Assembly: GCA_964610315.1 (NCBI GenBank)
Contig: CAZSVM010000013.1
Location: 7,014-71,013 of the forward strand
DNA from: an uncultured Actinomycetota bacterium
GTDB taxonomy: Bacteria > Actinomycetota > Humimicrobiia > Humimicrobiales > Humimicrobiaceae
DNA length: 64,000 nt
Direction of reading: 5' to 3'
Shown here: positions 48,113 through 59,837 of the stretch, piece by piece
Position numbering within the stretch: the first letter of the stretch is position 1
Layout of the letters: each line of letters opens with the position of its first letter
Translations under genes and position numbers: made by a program
Notes under the pieces: model-generated
What the model saw: the letters and a program-made list of their open reading frames with translations, nothing else
The model's database searches: none
What the model was told of the DNA's origin: nothing

Positions 48113-48667
48113 TTAAGCATTCAGAACTTTCTTTAATTTAAGCAAGGCTTCATTATAATTATTATTTACAATTATGCAATCATAATATTTCTCATATTTC
48201 AATTCTTTCCCAGCAATCTTCAGCCTTCTTTCTATCTCCTCCTTGCTTTCGGCTCCCCTTTTCCTGATCCTTTTTTTTAACTCCTCGAATGAAGAAGTGG
48301 TAATAAAAATAAGATAGACCTCTTTTATTTTCTTTACCACCTGCATGGCACCCTGAACCTCAATGGTTAAAATAACGTTTTTACCCTTTTTTAAATTTTC
48401 TATTACGAATTCTTTTGGGGTACCATATAAATATCCTGCGTAAGAAGCCCATTCCAGTAACCTGTCTTCTTCTATAAGTTCATCGAATTCTTTTTTGCTT
48501 ATAAAATGGTAATGACTGCCGGAGGCTTCACTTTCTCTTTTGGGTCTGTTAGTAACCGAGATGGATCTTACAAAATTATCTGACTGCTTTACTATGTCAT
48601 CAACCAGGCTGCTTTTACCTGAACCGGACGGCCCGGAAATAATAAACAATTTTCCTCTAGCTGCCAT
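48113..48667 (-). CDS. gmk: guanylate kinase
   Basis: GPSGSGKSSL P-loop; NMP-binding and lid regions. Confidence 0.9.
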   Translation of the reverse strand: MAARGKLFIISGPSGSGKSSLVDDIVKQSDNFVRSISVTNRPKRESEASGSHYHFISKKEFDELIEEDRLLEWASYAGYLYGTPKEFVIENLKKGKNVILTIEVQGAMQVVKKIKEVYLIFITTSSFEELKKRIRKRGAESKEEIERRLKIAGKELKYEKYYDCIIVNNNYNEALLKLKKVLNA

Positions 48668-48690
48668 AAAAATATATAAAATCCATCAGT

Positions 48691-49011
48691 TTATTTAATC
48701 TTGAAAAACTGATAAAAACTATTTTTTTGATTCTTGCCCAGCCCTCCTACTTTTTTGTTGGGGCTTATTTTTAAATTTTTTAAAATCTTTAAAGCATTTA
48801 CTCTTCCATTTCCGGGGAGTGCACCTACCAGATCTAAAACCTTCATATTGTTTAAGTATTTTTCAAAGAGCTCTTTATCTTTAAAAAGCTTCTGTATATT
48901 CGTTTTACCCTGCTTCAATAAATCTTTTATCTCTGCCCTTTTCTTTCTTATCAGTCTGGCTTTTTCCAGCCCTTTTTTCCTATCGCTTTCACTTAAATTA
49001 TTTAAAGTCAT
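48691..49011 (-). CDS. mihF: integration host factor, actinobacterial mIHF/sIHF-type
   Basis: 106 aa, alignable to mIHF (R.AEIKD.LK.G...MKVLDLVGALPGNGRVNALKIL...GLGKNQ). Conserved mihF-gmk-rpoZ arrangement. Confidence 0.7.
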   Translation of the reverse strand: MTLNNLSESDRKKGLEKARLIRKKRAEIKDLLKQGKTNIQKLFKDKELFEKYLNNMKVLDLVGALPGNGRVNALKILKNLKISPNKKVGGLGKNQKNSFYQFFKIK

Positions 49012-49094
49012 GCAGCTCCCTTTGTAATGAAAAAATTAGACACATTAGAGTATACAAATATATATATTTAATATCAACTTTTTTCAGCCATTGA

Positions 49095-49703
49095 TTACTT
49101 ATATTTTTTTCTGCTGCCGGGATATTGCAGAGGGAAATTTTCCATGCAGAGCTTACACCGGGAAGGTTGATAATTATCGATATCCAGTTTGATTAAATAG
49201 TAATAAGGACATTCAAACTTTAGACCTGCCGAGCGGTCCACGATGCTGACCACTGCTCTTACCCTGGCGCCATGCTTCACACATATATCTATCACTTCTT
49301 TTACCGAACCCCCGGTAGTAATAACATCTTCGGCAATAATAATTTCCTCATTCTTTTTTATTTCAAATCCGCGCTGCAGTTCCATATTTTTATTTTTTCG
49401 TTCGGTAAAAATCATCCTGCAGCCTACTGCATAAGCAAGCATATAACCCCATAATATCCCCCCTATTGCCGGTGATACTATGGTATTTATCTTTTTTATA
49501 TCAATTTCTTCTCCTACTAAATCCAGAGCTTTACCGGCAAGTCTGAAGGTAATATCGGGATACTGGAGCAGTCTGGCACACTGGAGATAATAATTACTGT
49601 GATATCCCGAACTTAACTCAAAATGGCCTTCCATAATGGAACCGGTATCCTGCAGTATTTTAAATAGGTCCAATCCTTCAACCTGCCTGACTACTTTAAG
49701 CAT
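49095..49703 (-). CDS. pyrE: orotate phosphoribosyltransferase
   Basis: PRPP-binding IIIAEDVITTGGS; GHFELSSG motif. Confidence 0.9.
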   Translation of the reverse strand: MLKVVRQVEGLDLFKILQDTGSIMEGHFELSSGYHSNYYLQCARLLQYPDITFRLAGKALDLVGEEIDIKKINTIVSPAIGGILWGYMLAYAVGCRMIFTERKNKNMELQRGFEIKKNEEIIIAEDVITTGGSVKEVIDICVKHGARVRAVVSIVDRSAGLKFECPYYYLIKLDIDNYQPSRCKLCMENFPLQYPGSRKKYK

Positions 49704-49705
49704 AT

Positions 49706-50440
49706 TTATATACTCCTTTCCATTTCCTCCAGATAGGAGTCTACCGCACCGGCCACATCATTTTTAGTAGTTATGGGACGGCCCACGATTATAAAATCAG
49801 CTCCTTTGGCTATTGCCTGCCGGGGGGTGTTTATCCTTTTCTGGTCGCCGGCTGCATCCTCAGGAAGCCTGATTCCGGGAGTGGCAATATAGAACCCGCT
49901 GCCCAGTTTTTTTCTTAATAGCTCCACTTCATTAGGCGAACACACTACTCCATCCATTCCCGACTCTATGGCAATTTTTGATAAATTTAAAACCGAATGA
50001 GTAAAATCCTCTTTAAACCCCAGGATTTTAAGATCGGCATCATCCAGACTGGTAAGAATAGTTACTCCCAGAAGAAGCGGTTTTAACCCGACTTTTATTT
50101 TTGACTGTTTCTCTATAACCTCCCGTGCGTCCAGGAGCATTCGCTTTCCGCCAAGAGTATGTATGGTCACGGCACTTACACCAAGTTTGGCTATAGCCGC
50201 AGCGGCACCGCTTACGGTATTGGGAATGTCCAGAAGTTTTGCATCAAGCATTACTTTATAGCCAAAACTTTTTATGGTACCAATTATATTTAATCCCACA
50301 CTGTATATTAATTCCAGTCCTATTTTTATAGTGGACACCTTACCGGCCATCCTCTTACACAGACCTATAACCTCGCTTCTGGTACTGGTATCCAAACTTA
50401 TAATTAATCTATCCTTTAAAGGTAATTGACTGCCTTTCAA
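49706..50440 (-). CDS. pyrF: orotidine 5'-phosphate decarboxylase
   Basis: LIISLD...K motifs; 244 aa. Confidence 0.9.
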   Translation of the reverse strand: MKGSQLPLKDRLIISLDTSTRSEVIGLCKRMAGKVSTIKIGLELIYSVGLNIIGTIKSFGYKVMLDAKLLDIPNTVSGAAAAIAKLGVSAVTIHTLGGKRMLLDAREVIEKQSKIKVGLKPLLLGVTILTSLDDADLKILGFKEDFTHSVLNLSKIAIESGMDGVVCSPNEVELLRKKLGSGFYIATPGIRLPEDAAGDQKRINTPRQAIAKGADFIIVGRPITTKNDVAGAVDSYLEEMERSI

Positions 50441-51402
50441 ATTCTCAGCCTCCCTATTATTTCATTAACGTCATAAATTCTCCTATTTTCAAGGTAGGTT
50501 CTCAGGCTATCTATTATCTTTTTGCCTATGTCGTACCGAACAAAATTTGCGGTACCGATACCCACCGCACTGGCACCGGCTACCAGAAATTCCAGAGCAT
50601 CTTCGAGATTAAAAATACCGCCCATTCCTATGACCGGAAGAATTTTTTCCCTTGATAAAGAGTATACTTTTGCCAGAGCAATAGGTTTTATTGCCGGTCC
50701 CGAAAGCCCTCCGGTTATAGTGGCCAGCCGTGGCCTGAATGTTTCTACATCTATGGCCATACCCACTACTGTATTAACAATGGATACTGCCTCGGCCCCC
50801 CCTCTTTTTGCCGCAATTGCGGCTTCCATCAGATTGTGCTGATTTGGACTCAGCTTGGCTATTACCGGAATTTTTAAAATATTTACAACCGACTGCACTA
50901 TTTTTTTTACTTCAGGAGGTACAGCACTGAAAGCTATTCCTCCTCTTTTAACATTGGGACAGGAAAGATTGAGTTCCACTGCTATAATTTTTTCCTTGAT
51001 TCCCGAAACCTTATGGGCTAACTGACTAAATTCTTCCATATCCTGGCCGAATATGCTAAGAATAAGTTTTATCCCCATCTTTTCAGCCTGCGGCAGGTGT
51101 TTCTTTAAAAATTCGGCTATGCCGTCATTTTGAAGTCCGATAGAATTCAATACCCCGCCGGTAGTCTCACAAATCCTTGGGGGCGGATTCCCTTCCCTGG
51201 GTTTTAATGAATAACTTTTGGTGGTAACTGCTCCCAGCAGGGCGGTATCATAAAACTGACCATATTCCAATCCATAGTTAAACGTTCCGGAACACATAAT
51301 CACCGGATTATCCAGTTTTATTCTTCCCAGCTTTACTGAAAGGTTTACATCGCTGCTGCCGGTATCCCTTTCATATAAAAACAGGCTGTTCTGCTCAATC
51401 AA
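50437..51402 (-). CDS. pyrD: dihydroorotate dehydrogenase 1B catalytic subunit
   Basis: FMN-binding TIM barrel motifs; paired with pyrK. Confidence 0.9.
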   Translation of the reverse strand: MIEQNSLFLYERDTGSSDVNLSVKLGRIKLDNPVIMCSGTFNYGLEYGQFYDTALLGAVTTKSYSLKPREGNPPPRICETTGGVLNSIGLQNDGIAEFLKKHLPQAEKMGIKLILSIFGQDMEEFSQLAHKVSGIKEKIIAVELNLSCPNVKRGGIAFSAVPPEVKKIVQSVVNILKIPVIAKLSPNQHNLMEAAIAAKRGGAEAVSIVNTVVGMAIDVETFRPRLATITGGLSGPAIKPIALAKVYSLSREKILPVIGMGGIFNLEDALEFLVAGASAVGIGTANFVRYDIGKKIIDSLRTYLENRRIYDVNEIIGRLRI

Positions 51403-52192
51403 ATATTACCTCCTTCAGATTAAATGCCGGACCATCCTGACATATCTTTTTGTAAGAAAAGTTTCTCTTGCCCTTCTTTATTTTTACCACACAGCTATTA
51501 CAGACTCCTGCCCCGCAGCCCATCCTCTCCTCTAGAAGTGCCGTTATTTTATTATCTCTATCCCTATAAATATTCTTTAATGTTTTTAACATATTCCTGG
51601 GCCCGCAGCAGTAAATATCATAATCTGCAAATAATTTTATATTGTTCTGGATATAATCCGAAACCAGGCCTTTCTCTCCCCAGGAACCGTCTTCGGTAAG
51701 TACCACATAATTTGACTTGAGCTCAATTAAATCTTTTTCCAATCTAAGATAATTTTTATCCCTGAATCCTGCCGCCAGAAAAACATTTTTTTTGGCTCTA
51801 CTGGCCTGCCTGGCTATAAGATATAATGGAGCAATACCAATTCCTCCGGCAATTAAAAGGACATTATTTTTAATCCCACCTAGATCCAGACCTTTGCCTA
51901 TAGGACCGGCAAAATCCAGAACATCGCCTTTCCTGAGATCGGAGAGAAATTTTGTACCTCTCCCTATAATCCGGTACAACAAAGAAAAAACATTGAATTT
52001 TTCTTCTATATCAAAAATACCAAACGGACGTCTGAGCAGAGGGTCCAGTATATTTTTGGGTGAACATTTTACATTAATGAACTGACCCGGCCGGGTTTCT
52101 TTACATATATAAGGTGAAAAAACTCCCATCTTGCACAGGTGATCATTATATTTTTCATTAGAAATTATTTCTCCGTTTAATAGTTTCATCAA
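51395..52192 (-). CDS. pyrK: dihydroorotate dehydrogenase electron-transfer subunit
   Basis: FAD/NAD-binding domain and C-terminal 2Fe-2S Cys cluster (CGAGVCNSC). Confidence 0.85.
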   Translation of the reverse strand: MMKLLNGEIISNEKYNDHLCKMGVFSPYICKETRPGQFINVKCSPKNILDPLLRRPFGIFDIEEKFNVFSLLYRIIGRGTKFLSDLRKGDVLDFAGPIGKGLDLGGIKNNVLLIAGGIGIAPLYLIARQASRAKKNVFLAAGFRDKNYLRLEKDLIELKSNYVVLTEDGSWGEKGLVSDYIQNNIKLFADYDIYCCGPRNMLKTLKNIYRDRDNKITALLEERMGCGAGVCNSCVVKIKKGKRNFSYKKICQDGPAFNLKEVIFD

Positions 52193-55100
52193 TATTCCTG
52201 TATAGGTTTAACCTTAACTTTAGAGTTGTTCTTTATTTCCTTTATCCCCTGAACCACCGCCGAAGCTCCCGATATAGTGGTAATAGAAGGTACATTATGA
52301 AGAACCGCTGCAGTTCTAAGATAATATCCATCACTTCTGGCAATGCTGCCTTCTGGAGTATTTATAATCAGATTAATTTCCCCGTTTTTTATCATATCCA
52401 AAACATTTGGCCGGCCTTCCCTCATTTTTAAAACCTTATGGCATTTTATACCTTTCTTTTCCAGAGTCTCACCGGTTCCTATGGTAGAAATTATATTAAA
52501 GCCAAGTTTGGATAACTCACTGGCTATATCTATTATGGCATCCTTGTCCTTATCATTCACACTTATAAATACCGAACCGGAAGTAGGAAACACCTGATTT
52601 GTAGAAATCTGCGTTTTCGCAAAGGCAATTCCGAAACTACTGTCTATACCCATAACTTCGCCGGTTGATTTCATTTCCGGTCCCAGTATGGTATCCACAC
52701 CAGGAAATCTATTAAAAGGCAGTACCGCTTCTTTGATGCTATAGTAATTAAGTGAAGTGGAATCAACCCTCTTAAAATCTATATCTTTTAATTTTTTGCC
52801 GGTCATTGCCAGAGCGGCTATCTTTGCCAGGGGAATACCAATGGATTTACTCACAAAAGGAACCGTACGGGAAGCTCTGGGGTTTGCTTCCAGCACATAA
52901 ACTATGGAATCCTTTACCGCATATTGAATATTGATAAGCCCCTTTACTCTAAGTTTTTTTGCCATTTTGTAGGTATAATCCTTAATAATTCCAATTATTT
53001 CTTTACTGAGGTTAAAAGGGGGTATCACGCAGGCACTGTCACCGGAATGTATTCCGGCCTCTTCTATATGCTCCATAATTCCACCGATAAAGAGTTCATC
53101 TCCGTCATAAATAGCATCAACATCAACTTCTATGGCCCGCTCCAGAAATTTATCTATAAGTATTGGTCTGTCATTGGATACCACAGCCGCATTCTTAACA
53201 TAGTCAATAAGGCTTTCCTCGTTATAAACTATACTCATCGCTCTTCCTCCCAGCACATAGGAAGGTCTTACCAGTACCGGGTAACCTATTTTTTTAGCTA
53301 TCCTTTTTGCCTTATCAACATCCATAGCTGTTCCGTTTTCAGCCTGAGGGATATTTAATCTTTTAAGCATGGAACCGAATCTTTTCCGGTCCTCGGCCAG
53401 ATCAATACTATCGGGAGATGTTCCCAGAATATTTACACCGGCATCCTGAAGCCTCAAAGCCAGTTTCAGCGGAGTTTGTCCGCCAAATTGCACTATTACC
53501 CCAGAGGGCTTTTCCGCTTCCACGATATTTAAGACATCCTCGAAAGTCAGGGGTTCAAAATACAAACGGTCCGAAGTATCATAATCGGTACTTACGGTTT
53601 CAGGATTACAGTTAACCATTATGGTTTCAAAGCCAGCATCATGAAGAGCAAAGGAAGCATGCACACAGCAGTAATCGAATTCTATTCCCTGCCCGATGCG
53701 ATTGGGGCCGCTGCCCAAAATTACAATCTTCTTCCTGGCTGCTGGCAAAATCTCGTTTTCGGATTCATAAGTGGAATAATAATAAGGCGTATAAGCCTCG
53801 AATTCTGCGGCACAGGTATCAACGGTTTTAAAAGTGGCAATTACCCGCATCTTTTTCCGCAGCGCTCTTACCTCATCCTCGCTGCAGCCGCATAAATAAC
53901 TTATCTGCCTGTCCGAGTAACCGTATCTCTTGGCTTCGTACAAAAGCTTTTTGGTAATATTGGCCAGACTGCAATTTTTAAAAGTACTTTCAAATTCAAC
54001 CAGCTGTTTTATATTATTAAGGAACCATGGATCTATTCTGGTAAATCGGTATATATCATCAATACCTTTTCCCAATTCAAAGGCAAGTTTTATGTAAAAC
54101 ACTCGATCCTGATTGGGAATGGAAAGTTTCTTATTCAATAATTCCTCGGTTATATTATCCATTCCATCCGATCCCAGTCCGTAGCGGTCAATTTCCAGAG
54201 ACCTTATCGATTTTTGGAGGGCTTCTTTAAAAGTTCTTCCGATAGCCATAGCCTCGCCAACCGATTTCATTCTGGTAGTAAGACTTATGTCCGTTCCCGG
54301 GAATTTTTCAAAAGCCCATCTGGGAAATTTTACCACCACATAATCAATGGATGGTTCGAAACAGGCCGGTGTTTTTTTGGTAATATCATTGGGAATTTCA
54401 TCAAGTGTATATCCTATGGCCAATTTAGTAGCAATCTTGGCAATGGGAAATCCGGTTGCCTTGGAAGCCAGGGCACTGCTTCTGGAAACTCTGGGATTCA
54501 TTTCGATTACGGCCATTTTTCCGTTCTCAGGATTTATGGCAAACTGAATATTGGACCCACCGGTTTCGACCCCGACTTCCCTTATCACCGCCATGGCCGC
54601 ATTTCTCATTTTCTGATATTCATCATCCGACAAGGTTTGAGCTGGCGCTACCGTAATACTATCTCCGGTATGTACTCCCATAGGATCGAAATTCTCGATG
54701 GAACACACTATAACCACATTATCATTTTTATCTCTCATAACCTCAAGCTCATATTCCTTCCAGCCTGCTACCGATTTTTCTACCAGTACTTCGGATATGG
54801 GAGACAAATCCAATCCCCGGGTAACAATATCGGTAAATTCCTCTTTATTGAAAGCCACTCCGCCTCCCAGACCTCCCAGAGTGAAGCTGGGTCTTACCAC
54901 CAGGGGAAATTTTAATCTGCGGCTGAATTCAAGGGCTTCGCTTAAACTGTGAGCATAACCGCTGGGAGGAACATACAAGCCTATATTAGCCATGGCCTCT
55001 TTAAATTTCTCTCTGTCCTCAGCTTTATTTATAGCTTCTACATTTGCTCCTATAAGCTCTACACTATATCTGGAGAGAATATTCTCCCTTGCCAGCATAA

Positions 55101-55398
55101 CTGCAATATTTAAGCCCGTTTGCCCTCCCAAAGTTGGGAGAATAGCATCCGGCCTTTCCCTCTTTATAATCTTTTCTACGAATTCAAAACTGAGTGGTTC
55201 GATATAAGTTTTATCCGCAAATTCCGGATCAGTCATAATAGTGGCCGGATTACTGTTAACCAAAATCACTTTGTAGCCCTCATCCTTCAGTACCTTACAT
55301 CCCTGTGTTCCGGAATAATCGAACTCACAGGCCTGTCCTATGACTATAGGGCCGGATCCTATTATCATTACTTTTTTTATATCTTTTCTTTTAGGCAC
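52189..55398 (-). CDS. carB: carbamoyl-phosphate synthase large subunit
   Basis: 1069 aa; duplicated ATP-grasp halves and MGS-like C-terminus. Confidence 0.95.
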   Translation of the reverse strand: MPKRKDIKKVMIIGSGPIVIGQACEFDYSGTQGCKVLKDEGYKVILVNSNPATIMTDPEFADKTYIEPLSFEFVEKIIKRERPDAILPTLGGQTGLNIAVMLARENILSRYSVELIGANVEAINKAEDREKFKEAMANIGLYVPPSGYAHSLSEALEFSRRLKFPLVVRPSFTLGGLGGGVAFNKEEFTDIVTRGLDLSPISEVLVEKSVAGWKEYELEVMRDKNDNVVIVCSIENFDPMGVHTGDSITVAPAQTLSDDEYQKMRNAAMAVIREVGVETGGSNIQFAINPENGKMAVIEMNPRVSRSSALASKATGFPIAKIATKLAIGYTLDEIPNDITKKTPACFEPSIDYVVVKFPRWAFEKFPGTDISLTTRMKSVGEAMAIGRTFKEALQKSIRSLEIDRYGLGSDGMDNITEELLNKKLSIPNQDRVFYIKLAFELGKGIDDIYRFTRIDPWFLNNIKQLVEFESTFKNCSLANITKKLLYEAKRYGYSDRQISYLCGCSEDEVRALRKKMRVIATFKTVDTCAAEFEAYTPYYYSTYESENEILPAARKKIVILGSGPNRIGQGIEFDYCCVHASFALHDAGFETIMVNCNPETVSTDYDTSDRLYFEPLTFEDVLNIVEAEKPSGVIVQFGGQTPLKLALRLQDAGVNILGTSPDSIDLAEDRKRFGSMLKRLNIPQAENGTAMDVDKAKRIAKKIGYPVLVRPSYVLGGRAMSIVYNEESLIDYVKNAAVVSNDRPILIDKFLERAIEVDVDAIYDGDELFIGGIMEHIEEAGIHSGDSACVIPPFNLSKEIIGIIKDYTYKMAKKLRVKGLINIQYAVKDSIVYVLEANPRASRTVPFVSKSIGIPLAKIAALAMTGKKLKDIDFKRVDSTSLNYYSIKEAVLPFNRFPGVDTILGPEMKSTGEVMGIDSSFGIAFAKTQISTNQVFPTSGSVFISVNDKDKDAIIDIASELSKLGFNIISTIGTGETLEKKGIKCHKVLKMREGRPNVLDMIKNGEINLIINTPEGSIARSDGYYLRTAAVLHNVPSITTISGASAVVQGIKEIKNNSKVKVKPIQEY

Positions 55399-55414
55399 GA
55401 ATCTTCTTCCTGTT

Positions 55415-56518
55415 TTAACTAAAATTATTAATCATATCTGCAAATCTTCGGAATATGTATCTGGCATCATGAGGTCCCGGTCCTGCCTCGGGGTGGTGCT
55501 GTACGGTAAGAGCATTTATTTCCGGATATTCGATTCCTTCTATGGTTCCATCATTCAAATTTATATGAGTTACTTTATGACCGGTAATATTAATTCTTTT
55601 AAGAGAATCCATATCCACTGAAAATCCGTGGTTTTGAGTGGTTACCTCCACTTCGCCGGTATCCAGGTTCTTGACCGGATGATTGGCACCGTGATGGCCA
55701 AATTTTAATTTATAAGTAGTGGCTCCCAGGGCAAGAGCTAAAAGTTGATGGCCCAGACAGATCCCGAATATTGGTTTTTTCCCGATCAGTTTCTTTATAT
55801 TGGAAATGGCATAATCAACCGCTGCCGGGTCTCCGGGGCCGTTGGATAAAAGAATACTGTCAGTGTCCATAGCCAGAACCTCAGCAGGATCGGTAAAAGC
55901 AGGGACCACCTTTACTTTGAATCCGGCATTGGCCAGACATCTCAAAATATTTAATTTGACTCCGTAGTCATAGGCAGCCACCGAGTACTTACAATTTCTG
56001 CTGTGAGGATTGAAAGTATAGGTTTTTCTGCAGGTAACAAAATCAACCAGGTTTCTTCCAACCATATCCGGAAAATTTCCCAGTTTCTGCAGCAAACTAT
56101 TCTTATTAAAATCAGAGGTGGATATTACACCTTTCATAGCTCCCTGTTCTCTTATGTGCTTGGTAAGTTGTCTGGTATCTATTTCCGAAATCCCGATAAT
56201 CTTATAATCCTTAAGATACCGGCCAAGGCTGGCTTCGGCCCTCCAGTTGCTGTAATTATCCTGATATTCTCTAACAATAAAGCCTCTGACCTGAACCCTA
56301 TCTGATTCTATGTCCCGACTGTTTATTCCGTAATTTCCAATTTGAGTATAGGTCATGGTAACAATCTGTTCACAGTAGGAAGGGTCAGTTAAAATTTCCT
56401 GATATCCGGTCATGGAGGTATTAAAAACCACTTCTCCCAGCACTTCCCCGGAGCAGCCGAAATTTTTACCTTCAAATATTTCTCCGTCTTCAAGCATAAG
56501 TATTGCTTTCAAAATCAC
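55415..56518 (-). CDS. carA: carbamoyl-phosphate synthase small subunit (glutamine amidotransferase)
   Basis: Class I glutamine amidotransferase triad (GICLGHQ); 367 aa. Confidence 0.95.
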   Translation of the reverse strand: MILKAILMLEDGEIFEGKNFGCSGEVLGEVVFNTSMTGYQEILTDPSYCEQIVTMTYTQIGNYGINSRDIESDRVQVRGFIVREYQDNYSNWRAEASLGRYLKDYKIIGISEIDTRQLTKHIREQGAMKGVISTSDFNKNSLLQKLGNFPDMVGRNLVDFVTCRKTYTFNPHSRNCKYSVAAYDYGVKLNILRCLANAGFKVKVVPAFTDPAEVLAMDTDSILLSNGPGDPAAVDYAISNIKKLIGKKPIFGICLGHQLLALALGATTYKLKFGHHGANHPVKNLDTGEVEVTTQNHGFSVDMDSLKRINITGHKVTHINLNDGTIEGIEYPEINALTVQHHPEAGPGPHDARYIFRRFADMINNFS

Positions 56519-57813
56519 TCACTCCCGTAAACTAGTTTACCCCTGCTGATAGTATATTTTATCTTCCCTTTAAGTTTTTGACCTATAAAGATACTGTTTT
56601 TACTTTTGGAGGCGATATTTTCCCTTTTTATTTCTTCCTCTTTTTCCCTGTCTATAACTGTAATGTTAGCAATTTTTCCCACTTCTATTTTCCCGGCATC
56701 AATACCCAGAATCTTTGCCGGCGCAGTGGTAATAAGGCTTATAAATTTAGGCAGGCTGACTTTTTCTTCAACACATAATTTACTAAAAGCGGCGCTGAAA
56801 AATGTTTCCAGACCTATAGTCCCAAAACTGGCAAGCCTGAAAGTGGTATTTTTTTCTATATCCAGATGAGGTGCGTGGTCACTGGCTATAGCGTCGATAA
56901 CTCCCTCTTTTATTCCTTCAATCAATGCCAGTCTGTCCTCCTCGCTCCTTATGGGCGGTTTTACCTTAAAGTTGGTATTAAAAGAGGTAAGACAGCTGTC
57001 ATTAAAGAAAAGATGGTGAGGAGTTACGTCACAGGTTATATTAACTCCTTCTTCCTTTGCTTTTTTTATCATTTCCACACTGCTTCTTGTACTCAAATGA
57101 GTTATATGAATTCTGGCGCCGCTTCTTTTGGCCAGAATTATATCCCTTGCTATCATTAAATCATCACTCAAACTGGATATTCCTTCCAATCCCAGCATTG
57201 TAGAATAGTAACCCTGGTGGGCAAGCCCCTCGCCGGAAATGAAATTGTCTTCTTCATGCAGTATCAGAGGAAGGTTAAATTGTTTAGAATACCGCATAAT
57301 CTCGTACATAAGTCTGCTGTCATTTACACTTTTTCCATCATCGGAAAAACCAATGGCTCCCGCCTCCGCCAGGAGTCCCATTTCGGTGATATTCTTTCCC
57401 TTAAGCCCGGCAGTCATAGCTGCTACCGGCAATACGGTGCAGGCTGCATTCTCCGATTTTTCCAAAATGTATTCTACCAGAGACTGATTATCTATAACCG
57501 GTCTGGTATTGGGCATACAGGCAACCGCAGTCACTCCTCCCTTGACTGCCGCCAGTGCTCCGGTTTCAATTGTTTCCTCGTCTTCAAATCCGGGATCTCT
57601 CAGGTGCACATGCATATCCACAAATCCCGGGGATATTATGCAGCCCTCTGCATTAATTTTAATTACGTCATTCTGTGCAATTTTAATATTCTCTTTTATT
57701 TCGGATACCACACCCTCCTTAATATAAATATCGGAGGCGAACTCTTTACCCTGCTGCAGATCAATTATGGTGCCTGATTTTACAAGAATATTTTTTTTCT
57801 TATTATCTTCCAT
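56515..57813 (-). CDS. pyrC: dihydroorotase
   Basis: DMHVHLRDPG metal-binding motif; 432 aa. Confidence 0.9.
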   Translation of the reverse strand: MEDNKKKNILVKSGTIIDLQQGKEFASDIYIKEGVVSEIKENIKIAQNDVIKINAEGCIISPGFVDMHVHLRDPGFEDEETIETGALAAVKGGVTAVACMPNTRPVIDNQSLVEYILEKSENAACTVLPVAAMTAGLKGKNITEMGLLAEAGAIGFSDDGKSVNDSRLMYEIMRYSKQFNLPLILHEEDNFISGEGLAHQGYYSTMLGLEGISSLSDDLMIARDIILAKRSGARIHITHLSTRSSVEMIKKAKEEGVNITCDVTPHHLFFNDSCLTSFNTNFKVKPPIRSEEDRLALIEGIKEGVIDAIASDHAPHLDIEKNTTFRLASFGTIGLETFFSAAFSKLCVEEKVSLPKFISLITTAPAKILGIDAGKIEVGKIANITVIDREKEEEIKRENIASKSKNSIFIGQKLKGKIKYTISRGKLVYGSE

Positions 57814-57819
57814 AATAAT

Positions 57820-58740
57820 TTAACCTAATATTAAATAAAGTAATGCCATTCGCACTGCCACTCCGTAGGTTACCTGCTGGTCTATGGCAATTTTTTCTCC
57901 CAGCTTACCGTCCATATCCATGACTTCATCACTAATTTCTATTCCTCTGTTTACCGGTCCAGGATGCATGATAATAGAATCCTGCTTCATCCTGCTAAGT
58001 CTCTCTACATTAAGACTCAAAAACCGGTTATATTCCATCACGGAGGGGTAAAATTTCCTGTCCTGTCTTTCGAACTGCATTCTAAGAACATATATAATAT
58101 CTGACTTATCTATAACCTCATCAATACAGTGTTTTACATTTATTTTCGAAAAATCTTCAGGAAGCAGCATAGTGGGCGAAACTATGGTTACTTCCATACC
58201 CATTCTTTCAAATAAGTTTATATTGGATCTTGCCACTCTGCTGTTTATGAAATCGCCGATAATTGCTACCTTAAGACCCTCGAACTTTCCAAACCTTTTC
58301 TTTATGGTATACAAGTCCAGCAGAGCCTGAGTAGGATGCTGATACTTTCCGTCACCGGCGTTTATTACCGGAACATTTACAAACCTGTCCACTATTTTAA
58401 CCGTTCCGCTGTCACTGTGCCTTATGACAATAAGATCGACTTTCATGGAAAGTATGGTTTTTAGAGTATCGATAATAGACTCGCCTTTCCTGATGCTGCT
58501 GGTGGATGAAGAAAAATTAATTATGTCCGCACTAAGTCTTTTAGCAGCGATCTCGAATGAGGTTTTGGTTCTGGTACTGGGTTCGAAAAATAAATTGATT
58601 ATGGTTTTACCCCTGAGGGTTGGAACTTTTTTAACATCCCTTCCTGATATTTCAAGAAAGGAATCGGCATTGGAAAGTATTAATTTTATATCTTCCAGAC
58701 TAAGACTATCCGTATCTATTATACTTTTTTTCCTTAGCAT
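57820..58740 (-). CDS. pyrB: aspartate carbamoyltransferase catalytic subunit
   Basis: STRTR and HPxQ motifs; 306 aa. Confidence 0.95.
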   Translation of the reverse strand: MLRKKSIIDTDSLSLEDIKLILSNADSFLEISGRDVKKVPTLRGKTIINLFFEPSTRTKTSFEIAAKRLSADIINFSSSTSSIRKGESIIDTLKTILSMKVDLIVIRHSDSGTVKIVDRFVNVPVINAGDGKYQHPTQALLDLYTIKKRFGKFEGLKVAIIGDFINSRVARSNINLFERMGMEVTIVSPTMLLPEDFSKINVKHCIDEVIDKSDIIYVLRMQFERQDRKFYPSVMEYNRFLSLNVERLSRMKQDSIIMHPGPVNRGIEISDEVMDMDGKLGEKIAIDQQVTYGVAVRMALLYLILG

Positions 58741-58742
58741 AC

Positions 58743-59279
58743 TTATTCCTTCTTTACTACTATGACACTGTCCATATCATCGGTTTCCTTTAAGTTAACC
58801 TCTACCGATTCGTTATGGGAGGTGGGAAGGTTTTTCCCCACATAGTCAGCCCTTATAGGAAGTTCCCGGTGTCCCCGGTCAATTAAAACCACCAATTGTA
58901 TCGATTTCGGCCTTCCAAAATCAATCAAAGCATCCATAGCTGCCCTTACCGTTCTTCCGGTATACAGCACGTCATCAACCAGAATTACATTTTTACCCTC
59001 TATATCAAAAGATATATCGGTTATCTGGGCTGTAGGCTTTATATTCTGTCCTATATCGTCACGGTAAAAAGTTATGTCAAGCTTGCCTGTCTTGATTTTT
59101 ATTCCCTCAAACTTTTCGATATTTTCCGCTATTCTTTTTGCCAGGGGAACTCCTCTTTTTTGAAGCCCTATAAAAACCAGATTCTCCGGTCCCTTATTTC
59201 TTTCCAGTATCTCATGTGAAATTCTTCTGATCACTCTGTCTATATCGTTTTCGTTTAATATATTTGCTCTTTCTATCAT
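58743..59279 (-). CDS. pyrR: bifunctional pyr mRNA-binding attenuation protein / uracil phosphoribosyltransferase PyrR
   Basis: PRTase motif VILVDDVLYTGRT; first gene of the pyr operon. Confidence 0.9.
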   Translation of the reverse strand: MIERANILNENDIDRVIRRISHEILERNKGPENLVFIGLQKRGVPLAKRIAENIEKFEGIKIKTGKLDITFYRDDIGQNIKPTAQITDISFDIEGKNVILVDDVLYTGRTVRAAMDALIDFGRPKSIQLVVLIDRGHRELPIRADYVGKNLPTSHNESVEVNLKETDDMDSVIVVKKE

Positions 59280-59293
59280 AATTTTTCTCCAAA

Positions 59294-59405
59294 TAAAAAA
59301 ACCTCCTTACCATAAAGGTAAGAAGGTCAAAATATTTTCTTTATTAGAATATTTTATTAATATTTTATTCATTCCTTTTTAGCCTCTCCGGACTATTTTA
59401 AAGGT
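59294..59405 (-). promoter_or_regulatory. PyrR-dependent transcription attenuator (PyrR binding loop + terminator hairpin with U-tract just upstream of pyrR)
   Basis: On the minus-strand RNA, AGUCCGGAGAGGCUAAAAAGG (plus 59380-59400) matches the PyrR binding-loop consensus. The CCUUCUUACC-UUUAU-GGUAAGGAGG stem plus UUUUUUU (plus 59294-59326) sits ~15 nt before the pyrR ATG. Confidence 0.7.
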
Positions 59406-59486
59406 AATAATATTTTAATTTTGTACTCTGTTCATCAGATACTATAGGGGATTGCAGACAAAAAAACAAGCATAAATTTAAAAAAC

Positions 59487-59837
59487 TTATCCGATGTTTT
59501 TTCTTAACTGTCTCAATTTGTAGTTCAAATCACCCTTGCCGCCTTCTCTCTTATAGCCGTAACCGCCTTCTCTGGAGTTGAAGTTTCCTTTATTCTGAGT
59601 TCTGGCTTCATTGACTACAATAGTTCTTCCTTTGAATTCACTCTTGTTAAGCTTTTCTATTGCTGCTTTTGCCTGCTCTTCGTTTTCCATCTCTACGAAT
59701 CCAAAACCTCTTGATTTTCCATCCATTCTGGTGATTACTTTAGAGTAGGTAACAGTACCCTCCTGAGCAAATAATTCCTCCAGTTCTTTATCAGTAGTAC
59801 CGTAGTCCAGATTTCCTACATACATTCTCTTATTCAC
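59487..59837 (-). CDS. RRM-type glycine-rich RNA-binding protein
   Basis: RNP-2 MYVGNL and RNP-1 RGFGFVEM; C-terminal Gly/Arg/Tyr tail. Confidence 0.85.
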   Translation of the reverse strand: MNKRMYVGNLDYGTTDKELEELFAQEGTVTYSKVITRMDGKSRGFGFVEMENEEQAKAAIEKLNKSEFKGRTIVVNEARTQNKGNFNSREGGYGYKREGGKGDLNYKLRQLRKNIG

